Below, piece by piece: positions 1 to 12,000 of a stretch of DNA of 64,000 nucleotides (its first letter is position 1; each line of letters opens with the position of its first letter). This DNA is from Gracilinanus agilis (taxonomy: Eukaryota), in the NCBI RefSeq assembly GCF_016433145.1, contig NC_058131.1, positions 551,721,117-551,785,116 of the forward strand, read 5' to 3'. The position numbers and the translations under genes were made by a program. The notes beneath the pieces are model-generated. The model made no database searches. It saw only the letters and a program-made list of their open reading frames with translations, and was not told where the DNA came from.

Positions 1-109
1 TGTGCATCGGCCATGGGTGGGGGGAGTGCGGGGAGCGAAGGGGAAAGGAGGAGCATGAATCATGTAACCATGTTAAAAATGAATATTAATAAATGTTTGA
101 AAAAAAAAA
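1..109 (+). mobile_element. L1 3' end with poly(A)
   Basis: G-rich 3'UTR end, catgaatcatgtaaccatg, aataaa and an A-tail. Confidence 0.7.
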
Positions 110-246
110 TCTGGGTTCAGATACTGCCTAGCTGAGTGACCTTGGGCAAGTCACTTATCTCCCACTGCCTACCCTTTACTGCTCTTCTGCCCTGGAACTG
201 GTATTTAGTACTGATTCTAAGATGGAAAGTAAGAGTTTAAAAAAAC
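110..246 (+). mobile_element. 5'-truncated marsupial SINE (SINE1_Mdo/MAR1-like)
   Basis: gtgaccttgggcaagtcactt core and aagagtttaaaaaa tail. Confidence 0.75.
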
Positions 247-249
247 AAA

Positions 250-830
250 GAAGGAGAGAAATGCAATAAATTTGGAAAGCAGGGTGTGTCAGACTGGGAA
301 GAGAGGAACTTGAACACCCAGTACTGAAATGTGAAATTTACTCAGTATGGAAAGAACCAGGGAAGATTTTAAGAATGCTTACTGTGGCAAAGGTATGAAG
401 GACAGTCTGGGGGAAAGAGGCAGACGAAGGGAATTCTGTTAGGATGCTACTACAATATGGCGGCCGTGGCAAGGGGAAGAAGAAGAGGACAGGAGAGACC
501 ACAGAGGCAGTCAACAGTATTTCTTAAATGACTGGATATGGGAACTGAGGGGGAGAAAAGGGTAAGAAATCATCCCTCCCAGGTGGTGCCACAGCTAGTG
601 GTTGAGTCAGAAGAGGAGTACGTGTGGGGTAAAGAGAACTTGGACTTTAGACATGCTGAATATTGAGTAGAGACACCAGTGGGACATTCAGGGGATCATG
701 TCCTATAGGCAACAGGCTATGTCAATCTGGAAATCAGGAAAGCGACCAGGGCCAAACAGATGGATGTGCCATTGGCACTGAGATGTTAGCTGAAGACGAG
801 GGATTAATAACAGCTACAGGATCCAGGACA
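250..830 (-). mobile_element. Degenerate L2 fragment
   Basis: Purine-rich reverse L2 signature (ggactttagacatgctgaa…ctggaaatcaggaaag). Confidence 0.6.
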
Positions 831-892
831 AATCACTTCCCTTTTCTAATCTTTGCTTTCCTCATCTTCCTCACATTGATTGAGTGATTGAT

Positions 893-1060
893 TAAATCCT
901 TACCTTCTGTCTTAGAATCAATTCTGCATATTGGTTCCAAGGCAGAAGAGTGGGTAAGGGCTAGGGCCTAGCCTCTAGGCAAAGGGAGCTACGTGACTTG
1001 CCCAGGGTCACACAGCTAGGAAGTGTCTGAAGCCAGATTTGAATCTAGGATCTCCTTTCT
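893..1060 (-). mobile_element. SINE1_Mdo-like, truncated
   Basis: cttaccttctgtcttagaatc…gtgacttgcccagggtcacacagctagg. Confidence 0.8.
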
Positions 1061-1084
1061 GTAGATTCTAGCTGACATTACTGC

Positions 1085-1850
1085 TGAGGGTACCACTATC
1101 TTTCCAGGCACAAGGGTCATAAGCTAGTGTCATCCTCCTTTCTTACCTCCTATATAGAATCAGGAGCCAAGGCCTGTTAATTTCACCTTCATAAAATGTG
1201 TTGGGTCTCATGTACCCCTTCTTTCTTCTGACACTGCATCTTCACTAGTCCAGGCCCTCATCATCTCATGTCAGGACTATTTCAGTGCTCCACTGGTTGG
1301 TTTCCTTGTCTCAAATCTCTCCCCACTCCACTCAACTGTTAAAAGTGATCATCCTGAAGTGCAATAAATTCTAGTGGCATCAAATTTTAAATCTTCTATT
1401 TGTCTTTTAAAGTCCTTCATTAATCTTCTTAAACTTTTCCTATCTTTTCTATCTCCTTATACCCTACTTTCCTCTATGAACTCTCTAATCTTGTTTTACT
1501 AGACTCCTTAATATTCCTTGCAAAAGACACTCCATATCTGAGCTTCAAATATTTTCACTGCTTGTTCTCCAAGCCAGAACTTTCTCCCTTCCTCATCTCT
1601 ACTTCTTGGATTCTCTGACTTTTTTCAAGCCTCAGCTAAAGTTCCAATCTCTATCAGACACCTTTCCCTGTTCTCCTTAATCTCAGAACCTTCCCCCAAT
1701 ATATCTAGTATATATCTTGCTCATACATAATTGTTTGCATGTTGTCTCCCATGTGAGCTCTTTGTGAACAAGGGACTTGTTTTTTGTCTTTCTTTGTACA
1801 CTCAGAGTTCAGCATAGAGCTTGGCACACAGAAGGCATTTACTAAATGCC
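1085..1850 (+). mobile_element. Degenerate L2 3' fragment
   Basis: Pyrimidine-rich body ending cttggcacacagaaggcatttactaaatg. Confidence 0.7.
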
Positions 1851-2169
1851 AGCTTATTATTTTCTTTGTTGACTACCTCTTCTAGATCCATTCATGTTTC
1901 TCAAGAGTTTCTTCTCCTTTCTCTCTACACTCTCTTCCCTGACAAGCTCATCCACTCAAAAACCATACAACTGAGCAGGGGAACCTTCCCAGAAACTTCA
2001 AACCAAACCACACAGGGAATCATTTGCATCTGGCTACCGAGATGCCTGAAGGAAAGGTCAGAAGATAGAGTGTACAGAAGAAGAGAGGCACTGTAAAAAT
2101 CAGTTTGAAAGGAAGAAAATGGGCATGTGTCTGGGAAGGGAAAGGCCATGGGGTTTAGAGTCTATTTAC

Positions 2170-3836
2170 CTGCATCTCTAAGGGATGGCGGCATCTCTAG
2201 ATCATCTTGTAAAATAACCTCAATAGAATCAGCAACTATGTAAGAGAAGGGGAGAGAGTCACAATAAGGATATAGAAAAGTCAACTTAAAGGCCACCTGG
2301 GAATTTCATTAGAAGCTGGGATCATTAGAGCTGGAAGGAAGTTGAGAACCCATATAATCCAGCACTCTTATTTTACAGCTGAGGAAACAAGAGTCCAGGA
2401 GAGGGGAACTGACTATTCTAAGGTCACACAGGCTGTAAATAGAGATCAGGATGGTATGGTTGGGAAGAGGAGTGGGACAGGAGATCGCTACCTTCATGGG
2501 GGTCAGGGCTGTTGCTGTTGCTCCCAATACCAGAATCATCCATGTGCTGAAAACTGCTGCTGGGCACCTTACTTGGCACTGTCACCTAAGGCCAAAGAAT
2601 GGCTCCATCAGTGCTGCCAATTCCCTCCCCCAAAACTGGGATTTAGACCTGGGCTGCCAAGCTCATGCCCTGCCTTCTAACCCATCCTCTGGAATTTACC
2701 ATGATACTAGAGGAGTTCTGTGTTGATGGCAGGCTAGGTAAACAAGTCCGTTTGTTCTCTCCATTGTCTTCTTCCTCTGAGGAAAGGACAGTGTGGCTTC
2801 TCTTTGGTGGAAGTTTCTGGGTACCTGGCAGGGCTGTGGGAGCACCAGAGGAGTGAGGTCCTACAGTAGGGACAGAGAATGGATCTTGGAAGGGGAGAAA
2901 ATGACAAGATGAGAGAAGATCTGGGAGTGAGGTGAAAGGCAGCAGAAGGCACCGGAAGACTTAGCTCTGCTACTGTGTGACCCTGGGCAGGTCACTTCTC
3001 ACCTTTTTGAGCTTTTGTTGTCTCATCTGTAAGATGGAGTGTAACTACCTACCCCACAGGGAATAACCTACTTGGCAAACTTGGGCGCTTTAAAAATGTA
3101 ACTCCCAATCCACCTGAAGGCCAGCTGCCCTGGGAACAGATGAGTCAGATTCCCTAAAAGCCTCCCACCCACCTCTCAGGGTATGGCTTACACCGCTCCC
3201 AAGGACGGGCACTAGGGAGCACGGGGTTATAATCACCAGGAAGACTGTCTGGAGGCAGGAACCGGTACACCTTGTAAGGCTCAGGCCCCTCCATGTGGCC
3301 TCGCTCTGGGACCTCCTCAAACTCCGAGCTCTTGTTGAGGGCACATCGAAGGCGGGTCTTCCAGGCTGCCGGTTCTGCTTGGTCTCCTTCTCGATACTTC
3401 CCTTTGAATATTGCCCAGGCCTGAGGAAGGGAGGGATGGCACAGAATATGGAATAGTGAATATGGAAAATCCTCAGGCTACCCAACCACCTAGTTGTCAG
3501 AAAGGGCAATTTCCAGATGTCCCTAACACTCAGAAAAGGTCATTGTGAGATTCTTCAGAAAAGCCCATGTCCAAGTCTTTCAGATCTTTGGAAAGCAAAG
3601 TCTCCAAGTCCCTCAATTGTGTGGGGCTTAGAAAAGGGTCTTATAAGTACTTGTACCTTGAAGAAGGCAGCATCTTGCTCTTCTCTGAAATCCTGTTTGC
3701 CAGCATGTTTCCAGGGAATACGGAACATGGTCTTGTCTTCATCGTCCCAGCACACTCCTGGGAACTGTCCACTCTCCACTTGCTCCAGCACCCAGTTCCG
3801 AAGTTTTCGAGTACTTCTAACCCGGCCAGATGCCAT
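2170..3836 (-). CDS. IRF9: Interferon regulatory factor 9, partial (DNA-binding domain and linker; IAD exons lie beyond the left edge of the window)
   Basis: Coding exons 3657-3836 (MASGRVRSTRKLRNWV...DAAFFK), 3237-3420 (AWAIFKGKY...KTRLRCALNKS...PYKVY), 2700-2833 (alternative acceptors at 2860 and 2824), 2492-2585 and 2170-2235. All are GT-AG with consistent phase. Tryptophan-repeat IRF DBD; syntenic next to RNF31. Confidence 0.95.
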
Positions 3837-3897
3837 CTTGGGAAGGACCAGCTAGAAACATCAGCAGAAAGAAGATGAGAATGTAGGCAATGCAGTT

Positions 3898-4087
3898 GTG
3901 TGTGTGTGTGATTTTTTTTTTAAACCCTTAACTTCTGTGTATTGGCTCCTTGATGGAAGAGTGGTAAGGGTGGGCAACGTGACTTGCCCAGGGTCACACA
4001 GCTGGGAAGTGTCTGAGGCCGGGTTTGAACCTAGGACCTCCTGTCTCTAGGCCTGACTCTCAATCCACTGAGCTACCCAGCTGCCAC
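3898..4087 (-). mobile_element. Young full-length SINE1_Mdo-like with 14-bp TSD
   Basis: TSD taggcaatgcagtt at 3884-3897 and 4088-4101. Confidence 0.92.
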
Positions 4088-5310
4088 TAGGCAATGCAGT
4101 TATAAACAACAGCGATAGCAGCCATGATTGACATTTGTAATTCAGGTTTTCATAGTGCTGTAATGTATAACATCAAACAACATTCCTAACATGGTGACAT
4201 TACCCCTGATTTTACAGATGAGCAAACTGACATGGAGAGAAGTTTAGGTGATTTACCCAAGGTTACACAGCTGGTAAATGTCTTAAAGGCAGGACCTGAA
4301 CCCAACTCCAGGCTCCCTGATTCCAAGTTGAGTATGGAGCTGCTGGGCTCATAAGTCTATCTTTACCCCCAAACCAGTCCTCTGTCTCTGCTGACCCTTT
4401 CCTCATTCCTTTCAATCTCTTCTCAAACCACCCTGAAGACTCCAGAACAAAAGCCTCTGAACTATTCAAAGTTCAATCACTTTAATTTCATCATCAATAG
4501 AAATTCTGGAAAACTGTTTTTATCCATAGTCTCTAACTAGATCATTCTGTCTCAGACAAAATCCAACATTTAGAGTTAGGGCCTACTCAGAAATAAGAGG
4601 TGTCAAATAATTTTCCTTCTTTTTAATCACAGTTTCTAACCTGGAAGGATTAACAGGGTACAGTGTGATACAAAACCCTGCCTCAGAGGTTTTCTACCCA
4701 GGAGACCCTGAACAAGTCGATTTATCTCCTTGGGCCTCGGTTTCCTCTTCAGTAAAACGAAGGGGAGCAGAGCTCTGAGTCCCTTTCCACTCTAGATTTA
4801 TGATCTTATTTTTCCTGGAGTATTTCCTGGGGCTGGGCTCGTTCCTCATCCTCAATTCCTATCCAGGGGCCCTGACTCTCTGGTTTGCGATCTAAAGACA
4901 CTAATCCTCAGAGCAGGCCCCTCTCAAAGCCAGGGCAGTGGGAAGGGGGGGAGAGGGGGGAGGAGGAAGAGGAGGAGAAAGAAAGCGGAGCTATCCTAGA
5001 AGTGGGTAGCATGAGAGACAAGAAAAACAAAGGCTTGATGCTGGGCTCTGGCCTGAGTGTCCCTTCCTGGAATGGACCTCCATTCACAGACTCCGAGCCT
5101 TTGGCTCTAGGGTCTGGGGTCTTCGGGCCTAGACCCCCCTGGGCCGGGCTTCCCTCTGACCTTTCCCTGCCCTCTCCCCACCCCCCAGGTATCCCTAGAT
5201 TCTAGGTGTCCATGGCTCCTTGCCCTTCTCTGAATCTGGGTGAGCAGGGGCTGATGGGCCCTCTCCTCCAGAACCAGGTGCCCTCCTCGAGGCCCGGGGC
5301 CTGCCCTTAC

Positions 5311-5400
5311 CTGTGCTGGCAGTCGCCTTGGTGCAGATGAATGCCGAAAGCTGGGTGCAGCTCAGCTCCCCAGTCAGCTGTCTGTCTGTCTCTCTCTCCT
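5311..5400 (-). other. IRF9: Probable non-coding first exon of IRF9
   Basis: Strong minus-strand donor CAG|GTAAGG at 5311/5310, just downstream of a GAS/IRF motif cluster. The upstream boundary (TSS) is approximate. Confidence 0.6.
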
Positions 5401-5418
5401 CCCCTTCCTCCTGTCCCC

Positions 5419-5462
5419 TGTTTCGCTTCCTTTGGGCACCGCCTTTTCCCCGAAATCACATG
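5419..5462 (-). promoter_or_regulatory. IRF9 promoter: EICE/ISRE-like GGAAGCGAAACA, GAS TTCCCCGAA, E-box CACATG
   Basis: TGTTTCGCTTCC at 5419-5430; TTCCCCGAA at 5446-5454 (TTCnnnGAA); CACATG at 5457-5462. Confidence 0.7.
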
Positions 5463-5966
5463 GGCTGGAGCTGCAGGGCGGCCAGCCGCCACTAGGGGGA
5501 AGCCATGACCTGGGAGAAGGGCCTGAGCCAGGAGGCCAGCTGGGGCAGCCCCGCTGGGTGGGGCCGGCCGAAGGGCCGGGGAGGGGCCTGGACAGCAGGG
5601 AGCCCGGAGGAAGGGCCGGGGTCATGGAGTGTGCGGTCACGCCTCGTGTGTGTGCTCCTGAGAACTTTCCTGATTCAGGGATGGGACATCTTACCCTTTC
5701 TCATACATCCCCCTCAGCACTTAGCACGGTGCTGGGCACACTGAAGCCCTTAGGAGGGCTGGGAAGCAGGGAGCGCCGTGGGGGCCATTTGGCACCTTCG
5801 CTTGCTCTAAGCCCTGAACTTTGATTGGGGAGTCAGGAGAGGGATCCCAGGGGAGCTCCTCCACATTCTCTCTGGCCCACCCTCCTCTATCCCTCAGTCC
5901 CCTGGTGCCCTTGGCTAGAAGGGACCAATAAGAAGGACCACCAAGGAGGTTGGGAGCGGAGACACC

Positions 5967-5972
5967 TTTATT
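5967..5972 (-). terminator. RNF31 poly(A) signal AATAAA
   Basis: tttatt on the + strand, about 115 nt past the RNF31 stop codon. Confidence 0.8.
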
Positions 5973-6087
5973 GGTGCTGGAGTTTCTGTGGGAGTCCGGA
6001 GGAAATGTGGGGGATGTGGGGGGGCCTTCCTGAGGGCTCCAGCCCCTGGGAGGGACGAGGGGGCCTTCCTGAGGGCCCCAGCCCCAG

Positions 6088-9000
6088 CTACTTCTTCCTT
6101 CGGGTGATGTTCTGGCCCAGAGGCACCTCCTCTAGCAGTTTCTGCAGGAGAAAACAGGAAAGTGGGTTAGGGGCAAGTTGAGGTCTAAGGTATTTTGAGA
6201 CTTAGGTTTGGCCAAGAAGAGCCTCAAAGGTGTCATCCAGTTTCTTCACCTGTAGCAGTCGAGCCTGATAGGCAGAGGCCTCTTCTCCTGCTGCGGGCTG
6301 GGGTCGGACATGCAGGTAGCGCTCCGTGGCTGTCTCTAGCTCCTCCACCTCATACAGCATGGCTGGGTCCAGTGAGTGGGCATTGATGAGGCTCACCAGG
6401 TACTCCTTGTAGTGTGCCCTGAGAGTGGGAGGAGTAGGGATGGTATTGAACCTACTTTTGGGATTCCTTCTACCCTGGACTCACTGTCCAGAGATCATGA
6501 GACCCTGTGCTGACTGCCCAGACCCCATCCCCAATGTGTGAACTTCAGCACCCATTCTTTGAGGAACCAGTGCCTTCCTCAAAGGAGCATCTGCTCAGAT
6601 GGGTACTTACTGGCAGAGTCCGGCATACCCAGTTGGGGTCTCCTTTCCACAGGCTTCATCCTTGAGACCACCTGGAACCTCCTTCTGTTCCATCACACGG
6701 CAGCCACCTGAGAGGAAGAAAGGGTCAAGAAGATCTATAAGGAAGAAGGGGTCTGCCCAAAACATAATGGACATATTATTCACCCTCTCCAAAGAAAGGG
6801 CAGCTCCCAGGGTGAGTGACAAGAATATGTGGCCAGCATCATTATCTGGAATTATCAACTCTATTCCAGGGTGGGGCCTAGAAATGCTGCCATCTACATC
6901 TCAACCCTTTAGCTCTGCAGAATGAACTATTATCCTACAGGACTTGTTTGTACACTAATTTTGCATTTAATTACATATTCTATTTTTTCAAATAAAAACT
7001 CCCAGAGGACAGGAGTTTTGTTTGAAATACTTCTTTTTGGTGATTACAGAGCCTAAGGCAATACCTACTGGATAGTAGACAATATTAGTGAATGAATTCA
7101 TGAACCATTAAAGTTGACAGCTTTATGGGACTACTTCCTTTCCTACCCTCACCCCATAAATAGTGGAACTGTGACAACACCCACAGCTCTGCCCCTTCTC
7201 CGAAGGAGCTTTCCCACTCAGTAGGCTAATATAACTAGGGCTTGGTACAGATTCCAGGATAACAAATTCACTCACCTCCAGGCACTGCCCGGGTTCCAGC
7301 TGGAGGTTCTGTATTGAAAGTAATGCTGTTGTCCTAAGGAGGGACAGACAGATGAGAATTTTAGTTACCCGTCCCTCCCCCCACCCATTTTGCTTTAGTC
7401 TATATCCCCAGCCCTTCACAATGTTCCATAAAGGGAATCCCTGAGAAGCTAGTGTGAAATTGGGGTAAATCAAGGCTCACTAAGCACTCATTCACACTTA
7501 CACTAGGTCCCCAGTACCCTCTCTAACATCCTGAAATCTTCCCTGACAAGGCCTGTTTATCTAGCCTTGGAGGCCTCTGACCTGTAGCAACTTCTGTAGA
7601 CGGAGAGCATCCCAGTCTCGAAGGTAGAAGAGACAGTCTCGAGGATGATGGCCATGCAGGGATTTCTTCACTCGGCAATTGGGATCTGGACATTTCTGGA
7701 GGAAACCCAAACAAGGGAAAGAGTAAGTTGGAGAGTATTGGGTTCTGGCTTCTCAGTGACCACTTCCTGAGGTATGGATCGGTGATAGAGAACTAGAGAA
7801 TCTGAAGTAAAGAATGGGGAGGGCCACACACTAGGGAAGAGGGAGGGATGCTCGACCATACAGCTTCTCCACTCTTCTTTATACTCTTATCACTTCCTCC
7901 TAATGACTTATTTTAAGTGTAGTCTGATCGAATTCCCCCTCCCAACCTGCTGCCCCCCTCCTCCACCTCAAACATACATTCTTGGCATAGAAGGCACTGT
8001 AGCAGCCACTGCAGAACTGATGGCGGCACTGGGTACAGTGGAAGTGCATGCATCCACCTCGGGCCAGAGCATAGGAGAACTTACACTTGGGACAGTCTAC
8101 GGGAGAAACAGGATTAGGGGTAGAAGCTAGTACAGCTGGCTCACGGAAAGGAGTTTCTCCATCACGACCTTTGACAGGAGTTAGAATGGCAAAGATAGGT
8201 GAGAAACTTGTGGGGTAAATAATGACAGAAAATGGTGAGTGCATGGAGGAAGGGCCTACATCTTGGAGGGGAGGGAGAAAGAGTCTCACCAATGCCATTC
8301 TCCTGCAGGTACATGGCCAATCCCTGGGCCTGATATTCAGGGTCATTGGCACGTTTCCAGCTTTGAAAATCTTCACAGCTCCGGCCCCGATGCTGTTCTT
8401 CCCACTACAGGAGGAATACCAAAGACATTAGCAGGAGACCTCAAGTCCCGAACTATCCCATGACCCTATTCTTACTACATGCCACCTGAATCTTTCAAAT
8501 CTACCCCACTGTTCCAGCCTCACTCTTTTATCCCAGTTCCCACCTTATCCACTTACACCTCCACTCTGATTCATTCCCTTTTACCTGACGCTTACAGCGA
8601 ATACAGAACGTCTGGTGACACTGCGGACATGTGGCTTCTAACTGCTCTCGCTCATAGATGAAGCCAAAGGAACACTGGTTGAGACAGAAGACAGATTATT
8701 ACCATGATATATCCTTACCCCCTTACCCATCCTTTCTGTCAACTAGTCTTTTCTTGGTTTCCTGGGCTCCTTAGCTTATCTCATTGCCATCTCACCTGAG
8801 TGCACCATAAGAACTTGGGGTCACGCATGAGCACACGCTCCGTCAGTTTCTTATGGAACAATGCGTAGGCATCAGGATCCAGGCTCTCTCGCAACTAGGA
8901 GGACATGAAGAGGCAGGTAGAAAGGGTTCCCAATCATCTGGAACCCTCCATGATGTTCACTTTGGGTTCTCTTGGTACCTGGATGTCCAAGGTAGAGAAG

Positions 9001-12000
9001 TAGCTGACCAGCTGGGTCTCATCAGTCAGGTCAGGGCGTCCACAGGCTGGGCACACCATATCTGTGATGTGCTTCTCCTTTAGGGCGATGGTGAAGTGCT
9101 GCCGGAAACAATCTGGACAGATGGTGCACTCACAGGATGTCAGTGCTTGCATCTGGAGCAGGAGGGAGAGTCATGCCAAGAGTCAATAGGGAAGCAGGAC
9201 AAGGGAAGGGGAGAAGAAGCCAAGTTGTTAGGAACAGGAATAGCTTGCTCGGGGTGCATTGGCTGGGAAGGCTCATTGCATCTGAAGGAATGGGAGACTA
9301 TAGCAAAGATTCCTTTGAAATGATGAATAAAAAAATAGTTTGACGATCCTTTAGAAGTGGTCAGATTCAACTGAAGTGGGTTTAAGGGGTCTCATTTCAT
9401 GGGAAAAGGTATACACGCTGGCAGTGAGAGGGATCATCACTCAGCCTAGACTGGAAAAAGGTGGTTACCCGGTTTCGGGGAAGGGCCCAGCCACAGACAG
9501 CACACTCTTGGGCAAGTAGTCGGCGTAAGAAGGCCCGGTCAGGACTATGTCGAACTGCCTCCACCACATCCACTAGCTCATAATTTCTTGGAGTCTCCTG
9601 AAGCAGTGAAAGTGCCAGCTCTGCCCGGCCCCAGCTTGGTAGAGCATATATTGCCAACAGCCTTCGTATCAGACTCTGTTTGGGATGTGAGGATCCAGAA
9701 AAAGGACATGTGTCAAAATACCGTCAACTGCTCGGGCCTTTTCTGGGGCTAGAACTTCACTGCTTTTCCTGCTTCCCCAGGAGTCATCTCAACAAATACC
9801 TGCTTATCCGGCCCATCCCAGGAAGGGTTAGGCTCCGGGGCCTCCCAGAGGCGCTGGTGGAAGGGTTCTAAGCGGTGTCGCTGCAGCTCTGTGAGGGCTC
9901 TCCCCACATCTCCACCATGCTGATAGAGTGCTTGCAGTGTCCCCTCCTCTGGCCCAAAGCCCAGGATCTCTAACTCTCTAACCTGGTAATTGTAGTAATA
10001 AAGAAGAAAGCCACCAAGTCAGAGACATATGCTGAAGCTCTAAATTCTAAGGCCCACATCTCTCAAATCTTTATATTCAACCTAATTTTTATATATCCAA
10101 TTCAGTCAAGTACCTGTTCTTAGACACCCACCCACCCTACTACCCTTTATTAATATTCCCAGATACCAATATATGCCCCAACCCCAATCTCTTGCCCTCC
10201 TAACCTGAAAAAATGCCCTACCTTCCTGCGTCTGGCTCGAACACACTCCTCTACAGCCTCATCCAGGTTCCCGTGGCGAATGAGCCAGGCCTGCTTGGCT
10301 TCTTGGCAAGAGAGTGCACCTAAGCTGGGGTCCTGCCGTCCTGCCATCTCTGCCACCATTTCCAGCACGTAGGGCAGCTCTGACCGAAGCCACTGCAGTG
10401 GTACCTCAGTGCCTGAATACTGCAGTGCTGAAAATACCTCCTCTGGGCATGCACCTTCAGCTTCTCCTGCCTGGGGACATGTCCACCCCCCAGTGGTGGG
10501 GTGGCTTCATTAAGAAAAGGACAAGGGAAGGCATTCTTCACCCCTCCCACCCCAATCAAAAAAAGAGTTCTGCCTGGTACAGGGTATTCTAAAAACTGTC
10601 CCATTCTCAATCTCATGTACTCAGGATTCTTTTTCTCGAGACTTAATCTCCCAACCAAAGCTTACTCGGATCATTGACACCAATCGGAGCCCATCCTCCC
10701 GCATCTTGTCCTGGCGCTGTTGCTCAGTATCTCCCCTGAGTGCGTGCAGAGGAGCAGTAGGGGTGCTAACTCGATGTGCGGACACAGACTTGAGGCAGAC
10801 ACTGGCTCGGGCTCCCTCTCCTAGTGAATTAGGGATCCAGGAAGGAAGAAGTGGTGGAGTTGGGCTACTGGTCCGGTTACACATGGTGCACACCCAGCCT
10901 GGGCCAGAGTTTCGGAAGGTACAGTGGACACAGTGCCAGTCACCAGCCTGGAGAAAGTAGATAGAGATAGTCATTACCACTGTAAGGTTAAGGGCAGAGA
11001 TCTAGGGATCTAGATGGGAAGACAGGAAGAAAAAATCATGGGAAAAAAGGAGGTTCAGAGAGGGAAAAAGATATTGGGGGAAATCAAGGGAAACTAAGAT
11101 ATGGGAGAACTATGGGCAGTCTAATTTGGGGCAGAGTTACCTCCAGAGCAGGCAGGCAGGCACCAGTGTCTCTGACATCCCCCACAAGACTGGGGGGCTG
11201 GGCAAGTCGAGGCCGCTCACATATGGCACATAGCACTGTAGCAGGCTCATTCTCAAAGGTGCAGCTCTGACAGGACCAGCGGCCCCGATGTGGCCCACCC
11301 CCTATTCCAGCTCGAGAGTTCTCGAGCCCTTGCCCTACCCCCTTGCACCCTCGGGGCCGGTCACAGGCTACACACAACACTGCTCGGGCCTCGTTCAGCA
11401 TGGCACAGGCAGCACAGTGCCAAGGTGGGCGAGTGCTAGGTGGCTCGGGAGTTGGGCTTGACCAAGAAGGAAGAGAGCTGTCTCCAAAGGTAGGTGGGGA
11501 AGTGAGCAAGGGCCGTGGTAGGGCTAGGTTTGACAAGCTGTAACAAAAACACAGAATTATCCTAAATACACGGGTAGTTAAATTCTGCATTCCTAAACAT
11601 TTAAAATTTTCTTGGCATGCCCCCAACTCATCCTCCCTTAAAGTAGCTTCTATACTTTTAAATCAAGAAAGGTGTGGGACCTTTTACCTGGAGCTAAGGT
11701 TGGAGGTTGGGTGGTTCCCAGGCAGGGGCTGTCGGAGGTGATGGGCACGGGATGGGTGTCGATGGAAAAGGCAGTCACAGGCTGGGCAAAGAGCATGACC
11801 ACAGGTTGGGCAATGAAGTGTGCCTGGAACAGATCCACATAGAAAGCAAGAACCTGACGTGGTGCCTGGACAAGAGAGAAAGAGTTACACATTACCTGAA
11901 GAACAGTTTCCTCTGGATTATGTGCATAAAATTCACATAAGCTATGAACCACTGTACATTCTTCAATATAACCAGGCTCAAGGAATTCGTTTCATCTCTT

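Noticed and set aside
250-1850. Inverted L2 pair in the IRF9 intron as a dsRNA source
   Set aside because: The copies cover homologous L2 regions but are too diverged to pair extensively.
7582-7695. Apparent frameshift in RNF31 exon 17 on first reading
   Set aside because: Re-reading gives GAC TGG GAT GCT CTC CGT CTA CAG, in frame; exon length 114 nt.
10475-10484. Perfect p53 half-sites GGACATGTCC (here) and GGACATGTTC (41562-41571)
   Set aside because: No adjacent second half-site; isolated decamers are expected by chance.
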